DNA of 27,425 nucleotides from a virus (taxonomy: Duplodnaviria; Caudoviricetes): positions 1 to 27,425 of the IMG/VR virus record IMGVR_UViG_3300010219_000073; one strand, written 5' to 3'. A program made the position numbers and the translations under genes. The notes under the pieces were generated by a model, which saw only the letters and a program-made list of their open reading frames with translations, was not told the DNA's origin and did no database searches. How positions within the stretch are numbered: position 1 is the stretch's first letter; the number at the start of each line of letters is the position of its first letter. Below, piece after piece: positions 18,073-26,064 of this stretch.

Positions 18073-18114
18073 AGAAAGGAGATGAAGATTAAAGAAAGGA
18101 GATGAAGATTAAAG
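18073..18114. repeat. Perfect 20-bp tandem duplication at the stop of the ParB-like gene
   Basis: agaaaggagatgaagattaa x2, with a degenerate copy near 18027. Confidence 0.9.
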
Positions 18115-18831
18115 TGTTTTTGCGAGCTTCGCTTGTGGAAATTGTTTTACAATTTCAGTGAGCATTGCTTCCACACGTTCGGCATCGATCATTGGTACCT
18201 TAAGAGTAAACTTTGCCTCAGCCGCGAAATTGTCCGCTACACTTTCATCGAATTCTTTTCCCTCACGAGCTTCTTGTGTATCCCGAACAGGTTTAGAGAA
18301 TGAGTTTTGGGAATCGCTCGAATTCCTTTCCAAATCCTCACTGGCAACTGACGTTATGTGATCGGTTTCTGTAATTGCTAGACTACTTAAGTTTAGGTTA
18401 CTAAGATCCAGGCTATCCAGATTCAACTTGCCAAAGGTATCCGGCATATCTAGCTCCATCTCGCTTAAGATATTAAAGACACCTGTAGTAAATTGTCCCT
18501 GTATCGTTGGACTATTGGCCGCAATGTTCGCAGCCCGTTCTTTCTTCTTAGGCCAGTCTACAAACCGTACATGAAACTTATTACCGTCCGGTGTTAGAAT
18601 CACACCTTCATTCTCATTTACCGCTGTGATGCTTAAGTCCCCATAACGCTCCTGTAAAGCTTTGATCCTTTGATGAGCTGCTATAAGATTCTTTGTTCGT
18701 TTGTTGAACGTAATACCGCTAAGGTCACCAAATTCTTCCAGGGAGTATTTAAGCCCTTCTAACGCATCAGGTGAAATCTCGCGCGGGTTATAAGCTGCTG
18801 GTGTGAGGCTTGATAATTTGAGTTCAGTCAT
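18109..18831 (-). CDS. ParB/Srx N-terminal domain protein (phage, terminase-adjacent)
   Basis: LTPAAYNPREIS...SLEEFG...NKRTKNLIAAHQR. Confidence 0.85.
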   Translation of the reverse strand: MTELKLSSLTPAAYNPREISPDALEGLKYSLEEFGDLSGITFNKRTKNLIAAHQRIKALQERYGDLSITAVNENEGVILTPDGNKFHVRFVDWPKKKERAANIAANSPTIQGQFTTGVFNILSEMELDMPDTFGKLNLDSLDLSNLNLSSLAITETDHITSVASEDLERNSSDSQNSFSKPVRDTQEAREGKEFDESVADNFAAEAKFTLKVPMIDAERVEAMLTEIVKQFPQAKLAKTL

Positions 18832-18857
18832 TGAGTTCAGACATTGAGTTCAGACAT
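18819..18857. repeat. Three 13-bp copies of the ParB-like gene start
   Basis: tgagttcagtcat, tgagttcagacat, tgagttcagacat. Confidence 0.92.
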
Positions 18858-18882
18858 TAGGAAATAAGATTAGTATAAAATG

Positions 18883-18962
18883 AGCACGTCCCTTGTCCCT
18901 CATTTGGGCTTTTATGGATTAAGGAATGTTCGTTCTCAAAAAGAGACGAAGGGAACAGTGCT
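18883..18962 (-). promoter_or_regulatory. Long imperfect RNA hairpin in the leader of the packaging/late operon
   Basis: AGCAC/GUGCU, CCCUU/AAGGG, GUCUCU/AGGGAC and UUUG/CAAA arms on the minus strand, loop containing CCUUAAUCC. Confidence 0.55.
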
Positions 18963-19130
18963 ACAATTAGGGAGATCGTTGGATTAAGGCAGGATCATTA
19001 AGGTAGGCCGTTAAGGTTGGACCTGCACAGCATGTTATTACAGGTAGGTTGTGGATTGTATTACAATAGTATTCTTTCTCCCAATAACCATCTATTAAGA
19101 ATACTAAGGGATAGGACCATATTGGCACAA

Positions 19131-19832
19131 CTAAAACAAATACTTCGCAAGTAACCTGGCTTCAATAACAGGCTTTGTAAGTGGGTATAGAATACCCTCC
19201 CCTGCTACGGTAAGCGTGTTCATTGCGGTAACTTCGGCGCCAATGCCTAGACCAATAAGGGCATTAGTACCGGTCGTTACAAAAGCGTATTTACTTAGTT
19301 CGATAAGTGGAGTAATTGGTATAGAATACGGAGAAAAGGAAGATGGGGAGAACACTTGTGGAATGTCGCTACTCTGTAGGGTTGAAATAGCTGGATAATA
19401 ACCAATATCGATAACCTTCTCCGGTGCCTGGAAGCTTGCACTAACAGAGTCGCCGTTCGGTAACCTTTTCCCTGCCGAAACAATGAAGCTATCAATAGCA
19501 GCATTAGTAACGGTATCTACTGCTTGAATATGGAGGCTATTCAAGCTAACCGCATTTGAATCTAGTTTATTTGAATCTAGTTTATTTGAATCTACTTTGG
19601 AGTTGTAGAAATGCTGCACAGGTAGAGTAACCTTGAAAATATCCTTGTGCTGGTTGCCTAGTACGGTTCTTAGTAGGGAGTCTTGAAAATCTATTGAAGA
19701 ACCAAGCGAATTAGAGGATTGATTGATGGACGGTTTATCGGAAGAATTGCTTGCTGGCCTTGCGAAGAGGTATGCAAGGAAAGAACAGACAAGCATCAGA
19801 CCTGCTACAATCCAACGGGCAGTTGTATTCAC
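19131..19832 (-). CDS. Membrane-anchored protein with C-terminal amphipathic beta strands (possible spanin-like)
   Basis: N-terminal TM WIVAGLMLVCSFLAYLF; ends LIGLGIGAEV...EARLLAKYLF with terminal Phe; GTG start. Confidence 0.5.
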   Translation of the reverse strand: MNTTARWIVAGLMLVCSFLAYLFARPASNSSDKPSINQSSNSLGSSIDFQDSLLRTVLGNQHKDIFKVTLPVQHFYNSKVDSNKLDSNKLDSNAVSLNSLHIQAVDTVTNAAIDSFIVSAGKRLPNGDSVSASFQAPEKVIDIGYYPAISTLQSSDIPQVFSPSSFSPYSIPITPLIELSKYAFVTTGTNALIGLGIGAEVTAMNTLTVAGEGILYPLTKPVIEARLLAKYLF

Positions 19833-20167
19833 TGTCAGTATATATTAAAGAGATTGTTGAACAAGACAAAAAAGAATTAACCTTAAAAGGAGAAACTTAA
19901 GGAGTAATCTTTAGGAAGAAAATATGAAGAAGGGTTATAACTTAGATCAGCTATACATTAAATCAGCGAGGAAGCCAATTAGTTGAAGTAATTATACAAT
20001 CCTTTAGAGAGACCCATTCGTTCCGGTTAATACATTAATTAAAATACATGGTAAGCCATACATGGCCAACCATTCAAACACACCTAATATCTTATCCGCA
20101 CACATTTATTCCTTTTATAGGTGTGCGGAATGTGCGGATAACAATTAGCGAATAGAAACAGGTCTAT

Positions 20168-20208
20168 AAAAGAAAAGGAGGTGCGCCCCTAAAGCATACC
20201 TCCTTTTT
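20168..20208. terminator. Bidirectional-looking intrinsic terminator
   Basis: aaaaggaggt...acctcctttt stem with an A-tract on the left and a T-tract on the right. Confidence 0.75.
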
Positions 20209-20300
20209 GGTCCTCCCATATACCCGCTCTGTTAGTGGGCATACATTTGTGAAAGCTACAGACAGGTCCTCCGATTATGCCCGTAACTAAGGTGATGAAT
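20168..20300 (-). ncRNA. Candidate ~130-nt small RNA, family not recognised
   Basis: Bounded by a near-consensus promoter and an intrinsic terminator; internal stems GGGCAUA/UAUGCCC and UUAGU/ACUAA; no substantial ORF. Confidence 0.55.
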
Positions 20301-20305
20301 GGACT

Positions 20306-20334
20306 AATATAACTCTCTTTCGACTCAAAGTCAA
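20306..20334 (-). promoter_or_regulatory. Sigma70-type promoter
   Basis: TTGACT (20334-20329), 17 nt, TATATT (20311-20306), with an AT-rich tract upstream. Confidence 0.65.
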
Positions 20335-20394
20335 GAAAAAGGAATAAGCACAATAATTAGTATATTAGGGACATGCGAGGGAGAACTTCCTGAA

Positions 20395-20425
20395 TAAGAA
20401 AAGGGAGTACGGGTCTCGTACTCCC
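20395..20425 (-). terminator. Intrinsic terminator downstream of the T9SS gene pair
   Basis: Stem gggagtacg / cgtactccc, 5-nt loop, followed by UUUUCUUAUU on the minus strand. Confidence 0.75.
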
Positions 20426-20554
20426 CTTGTGCGGAGCTCCCCTAGTTTGCCATGTTATGGGTTCGTCACCATAACGATTCGGAGAGCTACCTGTGCGGTG
20501 AGATAAAGATCTGTTTCACGATACCTCTTATTTCACCGCACTACTTTATCGAAC

Positions 20555-20588
20555 TACTTAATCCATTTACTTAATCCATTTACTTAAT
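20555..20588. repeat. 13-bp tandem repeat at the stop of the small T9SS gene
   Basis: tacttaatccatt x2 followed by tacttaat. Confidence 0.88.
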
Positions 20589-21461
20589 ATGTTTGAGCTT
20601 AAGTGTTCTTACTTCACCACCACTTGTCGAGAAGCGGGCATAGTACGTTCCAGTTGATAGATTACTTCCATCAATAGGAATGATATGATGTCCTTTTTCT
20701 ATAACTCGGCCTATGTCATTACTTTGTACAACCTGACCTAATTCGTTACAAAGCTCGAACTTTACGAGTCCAATTTGAAGCATCTCAAGTGAGATATAAG
20801 TCTCTTTTGTAAAGGGATTCGAGCTTGCTGTTATATCACCCAATGTATACTTAAGCTCATGGACTGGTTTTACTCCTGCGTTTGGATTTTCGCGGAGGAT
20901 TCCGAGACCTAATTCCTCTAAAGATGGAAGGGTGGTATCAAGTTTGAAAAGATTCGTGTCTACCGTTACAGTATCTTGCCAATGTTTATACTGCTCCTTT
21001 CTTGTCTGATTCCAACCATCATTCTTTATGTAATTGATCAAGGTTGGACAGCGACTAGTTTCAAGCAAGAACTTATTGATAGCAAGTGCTCCATTCAGAT
21101 CATACCCTCTTCCTGGAACATATTGAAACGTCATTAACAATGATTGAACATCAGCACAATAATATCTAGGATCAATGGTATTAAGGTAAAGTACTGAAAG
21201 TAGCCATTCTCTATAACGTGGATACTTCATTTTATCCTGTGTCATTTTTGTAACTGCTCCGTCAAGCATACTAAATGCCTGAAATCCATCAGTATACAAA
21301 GGACAGGTTTCGATAAAATAACGCAGAGTGTCATACCCCTTTGCAGGTTCAAATTTGGCTAAATCATACCCATGATTGTATAGCCTTTCACAATCACCTT
21401 GAGCATTTGTACAGGTGGCAATAAAAAGACAACTAAAGAAAAGGAATTTGCAGAGGTTCAT
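20580..21461 (-). CDS. T9SS type A sorting-domain protein, 293 aa; stand-alone paralogue of the C-terminus of 21508-26064
   Basis: Signal peptide ending TNA/Q; C-terminal SNPF...NELGQVV...LSTGTYYARF...LKLKHIK sorting domain. Confidence 0.88.
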   Translation of the reverse strand: MNLCKFLFFSCLFIATCTNAQGDCERLYNHGYDLAKFEPAKGYDTLRYFIETCPLYTDGFQAFSMLDGAVTKMTQDKMKYPRYREWLLSVLYLNTIDPRYYCADVQSLLMTFQYVPGRGYDLNGALAINKFLLETSRCPTLINYIKNDGWNQTRKEQYKHWQDTVTVDTNLFKLDTTLPSLEELGLGILRENPNAGVKPVHELKYTLGDITASSNPFTKETYISLEMLQIGLVKFELCNELGQVVQSNDIGRVIEKGHHIIPIDGSNLSTGTYYARFSTSGGEVRTLKLKHIK

Positions 21462-21474
21462 AAAACAAAAGAGA

Positions 21475-21500
21475 TGGAGGTGTCGCTGTGGACACCTCCA
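21475..21500 (-). terminator. Hairpin between the two T9SS genes (terminator, attenuator or stabiliser)
   Basis: tggaggtgtc / gacacctcca 10-bp stem followed by UCUCUUUUGUUUU and then the next ATG. Confidence 0.6.
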
Positions 21501-21507
21501 CTATTTA

Positions 21508-24500
21508 TTATTTAATGTGCTTTAATTTAAGCGTCTTCGTTTCACCACCGCTTGTTGAAAAGCGAGCATAGTACGTTCCAGTTGATAGACTACTTCCATC
21601 AATTGGAATTATATGTTTTCCTTTCTCGACAACCCTACCAATATCGTTATGTTGAACAACCTGTCCTAGTTCGTTATAGAGTTCGAACTTTACTAAGCCA
21701 AGCTGGAGCATCTCAAGTGAGATATTGGTCTCAGTTGTAAAAGGATTTGAGCTTGCTGTTATATCACCCAACGTATACGTAAGCTCGTGGGCTGGTTTTA
21801 TTCCTGCGTTTGGATTTTCGCGGAGGATTCCTAAACCAAGCTCCTCAAGGGACGGAAGGGTGGTATCAAGTTTGAAAAGATTAGTGTCTACCTTTACTGT
21901 ATCCTGCCAATGCTTGTATTGCTCCGCACGACCTCCATTCCACCATCCATCTTTAATATAATTTGTGATAGTAGGACAACGATTAGTCTCCAATAGATAT
22001 TTATATACTGCGAGAGTTCCATTTACATCGTAACCTCTACCTGGAACGAATTGAAAAGTTGTAATAATAGATTGGACGTCAGAGCAATAATATCGCGGTT
22101 CAACGGTATTAAGGTATAACACAGAAAGTAACCAATCTCGATAACGAGGATATTTCATCTTGTCATCTGTCATCGTACTTACCGCCCCATTAAGAGTATT
22201 AAAGGCGTGATAGCTGCCTTCTGCTTGAGCACAGGTCTCGATGTAATGCTTTAGTGTATCATATCCTTTCAAAGGCTCAAATGTTGCTAAATCATACCCA
22301 TGATTGTATAGCCTTTCACAGTCCCCTAGATCATCCATGCTGCTCGGTTTCTCGTTTGCACTGGGAGCAAGGTTTTCAGTCTTGGCTTTAACCGGTGAAT
22401 CTGATGAGTTGGGCTGAGGGGCCTTTTGCTCAGGAGTGCCATTACCGCACGCAATGCCCGAGGCAGTATAAGCGCTCGTTGGTTGATGAACGTGCCAGCC
22501 TGTCCAATTCTCATATACCATGCCGTCGAATCTACCTGTTGTAGAACCGGTAACATAATACACTGCCTCCGGACTACCTGCCGCCCAATACTGCCTGTGC
22601 ATTGAGCCTATCTTAAGAACGGTAGTAGAGTTGTTTGGTCCGTATGGTCCCCAAATGAAATTATCATCCGTGCCATTTGTGACGTCATTATTAGCAATAA
22701 TATTATTCTTACCAACGTGCGGAGAATCTACCTCAATAGACGAATTAGGATTTCGTACTCTGCTTAACCACAAATCGGCACCATTGGTAGTAACATGGAT
22801 TTGTCCGCTATTAGAATTGAGATCAAGATTGTTATGCTCAATCGTATTCATAGCAGGATAGCCACTAACGGCAACACCATTTTCGGTATGGTTTGGCACA
22901 CCTGCCATATCAACACTATTCCCCAACTTGAGGCCAGGACCATCATTATTGTAATAATGATTGGCTATTAATTTAGCGACGTCGTTATCCCCACTGTTAT
23001 GGCCAATGTTACCATTAGCAATGCTATTTAATTTTCCATAGCCGCTCCACCAATCAGTCCACAGCCCATAATTATAGGTATTCTCAATTGTGTTGCTGCA
23101 TATTAGACTTGTACTTACATCAGTTGAGCCAGAAATCGTATTATTGTTCGTAATGCCGTTTTTAAATCCTGCACCAGAAATAGTGTTGTAATTAATAACA
23201 CCACAAGATCTATTTAGCAGTACGGCATTCTCAATCGGATTCGTGGATGTTTGACCTGTATTTGTTGTAAAGAGATTGCTATAAATACTTACAAAATCTC
23301 TCCTACTAGTTCTCTTATAATTCTCAATGGAAACCCCATTCATATTAACACCACTGTTCAAAAAGGTCTTGAAGGTGTTACTTGAAATCAGGACGTTGTC
23401 ATAATCGAGATCGGTAATAGCATCTCTAGTAATTTTGATCGGAGTCGAAAGAATATTATCGAACTCCACATCCAAAACATCGAAGCCATTTTCGCTTGTG
23501 TTACCCGTTAAATGAACTCCTGCCTCCTCTGCATAAATACTTGTTCTATCTAGCTTACCACCCTGAAACAGGACTGAGCCAATTCCATTATAAGCGTCCA
23601 AAGTTCCAGTAAAAGTAATCCTCAAGTTACCAGTATTGCCCGTTTGTCCTGAGGGTGGAAGATTCTGCACAAGTGTTCGTTTCATTGAGAACTGAGTAAT
23701 CCAGTCATAACAACTTGTACATGGCTGAACCTCTATTAGGTCAGACGTTCGATCATTGGCGATATAGCTATTTATCTTGCTATTAATAATCTCCACGTTC
23801 CCTTGCGTAACGATTGAACCCAGTTCATTATTATTAGAAGTACCAAAAGCATACCTCACCGAGGGTTCATTCAGCAGATTAATAATGCCACTGGTTGACC
23901 TAAAAGTAATTTCAGTCGGTAGACTAAGAATCGCACCGCCGTGTATGTTTAGTGTAGCAGGGCTCGTAATTGAGGACGGGTAGCCCGTTGAACTATTTGT
24001 AAGAGTTGCAGTACCACCCTCCAATTTGATCGTACCACCTGGTCCTGTGAAGTTCGTTGCAATAAGCCCCTCTGGAACGCCATTAAATTCAAATGTTGAA
24101 TTCTGATAGATCTTCAGCACTTGGGAGGATGTTGAAAAATGGTATTCGAAGTTTGGCAGTGTTACTAACTTACCATTACTAGCAGCATCTTTTCCTATTT
24201 GAAGAACGGTATTCGGGTCCTCCATATAGATTTGGGCGTTTGAATAACCAGGAGGGTTCGAACGGGCGGTATAAATCCCGTTATCGAACGCACTAGAGAC
24301 TCCTACGTTCCAATTAGGGTCGGTCCAGAGTGTCATGGTTTTTCCGCTGCGAAGTGTTGCTCCCACAGTACCTGCATGAGCAGTTCCATCACCGACTATA
24401 GTCTTATAGGTTACAATCGTGTGCTCTTCAATATCTTCATCAAACCGCCTTACATCACGACTATACACATGCCTTGATCCTATACTAGATAGGTAATGGA

Positions 24501-26064
24501 CGTGAATACCCATTTGATTAGCGGCTCCAACAACCCTATGAAGTGTAATTGGAGGATTAGAAAGGTCAGACCAAGTTGTACCTTGATCAGTAGAAGTTCG
24601 GTTTAAAGGAGTGCGAGTATTCCAACCAGCACTTTGAATCGTCATTAAATAAGGAACTGAACCCAACACAGCAGGATCACGCATGAAATACAAACAATGG
24701 AATTCATCGAAATTATCTGGGGTCGTTCCTCCCTCTCCGTCATACGGATTTGCAAACGCATGAAGAGGGCCATCAATAACTCTCCAAAAACCTGACGGCA
24801 TAGGTGATGGATGCGGAGGTAGTGCCGCATGTGGTCCATCAGCATATAAAGCGTAGCCGGCTGGAGATAGATTGTACGTTGGCCCAGTTATTTTTTGAGC
24901 CATTAACTTATTATCTTCAATAATATAGATAATGGCTGGTGGATTATACGTACCGGTCGGGGTAGGTGAGACGCTAGAGACCGCTATTTTTACGTGAGTA
25001 GGTTGCGCATACGGCAGTGTTCCAGGTGGGGTTGTCGAAGATGTTACATCCACTACCCTCTTCGGTAGTAATTGTGTGCCACCCGTGACCCCAGGAAACA
25101 GAGCATTGTTCTTCCAAAGATGCTTTACTTGCCCATTAACAATGTTTGTTATGTACGCTAGCTGAAACTTGATTTGTGCGTCTGCATTTCGTTTATTACA
25201 AGCAATAGTTACTCTTCGTCCCTCATCGAGAGTCGTACCACTAAAACCATCCGCCGCCGTTGTTACAGGAATCGGCCAACCAGGTTGCTGTATACCTGTA
25301 TTAAGATTAACAACTGTCACGTAGATGCGGCACTTAATGGTTTGAGGAGCAAGAGCTACCGTATCGACCGCACACCATGCAATGTATAGAAAGGTCTTAT
25401 CCATTGCAATATCAAAACAATCTTCCTCGTAGCTTTCCACTTCATTTGAATCGTGCGCCAGATTGCTAGCTTCTATTACTTTTCGATAAATACCTGTTCC
25501 AGCAGGAATTGTTGGTATGGTAACCTCTGTGGTTCTAACATCTTTGGTTATTAAATCCCTGGTACTTGCAGGATGAGGGATTCCAATAAAAGAATGCTTG
25601 ACATCACCGGAATTAAATCCACTAACAATGAAGGCTGTCCGGTTTGCATTCACTCGAACAAACCGCACTTTGCCATCAAGATTTGTAGCCACCTTTACAG
25701 CATTGTAGGCATTTCCATCGTCAACGTACGTCCCCTGATCTAACATACCAGAAGGGTGGATTGGACCACTTATAGAAAGCTGAGGTTGCTCTATGTTATT
25801 TCCCCATAATTGCCATACTAATTTGAGGTTTGCAGCTCCAGTTCTAGATATTATCCAAGTACCATAACCATTTGCATCACCAGCCATAGCATCACAATAG
25901 TGTTCGTCACCACCAGATTGCACAACACTAGGTGGTTCATATTCAAAGTGATATGGTACTCCAGTAAATTGAGCATGAGCTAGGGAATGCAGTGAAAACA
26001 GACATAAAAGAAACATCGCATAAACCAGAGGTCGTTTTATGCCAGGGGAATGAGCTTTAATCAT
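21508..26064 (-). CDS. Large T9SS-secreted surface protein, 1518 aa, with probable parallel beta-helix region
   Basis: Signal peptide ending AHA/Q; Asn/Gly/Thr-rich repeats (ISSNTF, IYSNLF, INYNTISG, ICSNTIEN); type A C-terminal sorting domain. Confidence 0.88.
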   Translation of the reverse strand: MIKAHSPGIKRPLVYAMFLLCLFSLHSLAHAQFTGVPYHFEYEPPSVVQSGGDEHYCDAMAGDANGYGTWIISRTGAANLKLVWQLWGNNIEQPQLSISGPIHPSGMLDQGTYVDDGNAYNAVKVATNLDGKVRFVRVNANRTAFIVSGFNSGDVKHSFIGIPHPASTRDLITKDVRTTEVTIPTIPAGTGIYRKVIEASNLAHDSNEVESYEEDCFDIAMDKTFLYIAWCAVDTVALAPQTIKCRIYVTVVNLNTGIQQPGWPIPVTTAADGFSGTTLDEGRRVTIACNKRNADAQIKFQLAYITNIVNGQVKHLWKNNALFPGVTGGTQLLPKRVVDVTSSTTPPGTLPYAQPTHVKIAVSSVSPTPTGTYNPPAIIYIIEDNKLMAQKITGPTYNLSPAGYALYADGPHAALPPHPSPMPSGFWRVIDGPLHAFANPYDGEGGTTPDNFDEFHCLYFMRDPAVLGSVPYLMTIQSAGWNTRTPLNRTSTDQGTTWSDLSNPPITLHRVVGAANQMGIHVHYLSSIGSRHVYSRDVRRFDEDIEEHTIVTYKTIVGDGTAHAGTVGATLRSGKTMTLWTDPNWNVGVSSAFDNGIYTARSNPPGYSNAQIYMEDPNTVLQIGKDAASNGKLVTLPNFEYHFSTSSQVLKIYQNSTFEFNGVPEGLIATNFTGPGGTIKLEGGTATLTNSSTGYPSSITSPATLNIHGGAILSLPTEITFRSTSGIINLLNEPSVRYAFGTSNNNELGSIVTQGNVEIINSKINSYIANDRTSDLIEVQPCTSCYDWITQFSMKRTLVQNLPPSGQTGNTGNLRITFTGTLDAYNGIGSVLFQGGKLDRTSIYAEEAGVHLTGNTSENGFDVLDVEFDNILSTPIKITRDAITDLDYDNVLISSNTFKTFLNSGVNMNGVSIENYKRTSRRDFVSIYSNLFTTNTGQTSTNPIENAVLLNRSCGVINYNTISGAGFKNGITNNNTISGSTDVSTSLICSNTIENTYNYGLWTDWWSGYGKLNSIANGNIGHNSGDNDVAKLIANHYYNNDGPGLKLGNSVDMAGVPNHTENGVAVSGYPAMNTIEHNNLDLNSNSGQIHVTTNGADLWLSRVRNPNSSIEVDSPHVGKNNIIANNDVTNGTDDNFIWGPYGPNNSTTVLKIGSMHRQYWAAGSPEAVYYVTGSTTGRFDGMVYENWTGWHVHQPTSAYTASGIACGNGTPEQKAPQPNSSDSPVKAKTENLAPSANEKPSSMDDLGDCERLYNHGYDLATFEPLKGYDTLKHYIETCAQAEGSYHAFNTLNGAVSTMTDDKMKYPRYRDWLLSVLYLNTVEPRYYCSDVQSIITTFQFVPGRGYDVNGTLAVYKYLLETNRCPTITNYIKDGWWNGGRAEQYKHWQDTVKVDTNLFKLDTTLPSLEELGLGILRENPNAGIKPAHELTYTLGDITASSNPFTTETNISLEMLQLGLVKFELYNELGQVVQHNDIGRVVEKGKHIIPIDGSSLSTGTYYARFSTSGGETKTLKLKHIK

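Larger units (their letters stand above)
1..19832 (-). mobile_element. Prophage or phage-derived (siphovirus-like) virion morphogenesis and lysis module; continues beyond the left edge, right boundary uncertain
   Basis: About 20 co-oriented, tightly packed ORFs in terminase-portal-scaffold-capsid-neck-tail tube-chaperone-tape measure order; no sheath gene seen; no integrase or att site in window. Confidence 0.93.

Noticed and set aside
20092-20141. DnaA boxes / replication origin (ttatccgca in inverted pair)
   Set aside because: Only two one-mismatch copies and no initiator gene or box cluster
20129-20146. lac operator-like sequence (tgtgcggataacaatt) suggesting vector contamination
   Set aside because: Partial match with a mismatch, no other vector sequence, and explained as an arm of a local hairpin
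20168-20300. 6S RNA, tRNA or known riboswitch
   Set aside because: Too short for typical 6S, no cloverleaf, and no aptamer consensus I could recognise; left as an unclassified sRNA candidate
20580-22326. Diversity-generating retroelement TR/VR pair
   Set aside because: Differences involve all bases and are largely synonymous, both copies are coding, and no reverse transcriptase is present
112-25389. Numerous short plus-strand and nested ORFs in the ORF track (e.g. 112-309, 636-863, 1278-1658, 3429-3824, 13355-13717, 15135-15530)
   Set aside because: They lie antisense or out of frame within long, well-supported genes and show no recognisable motifs
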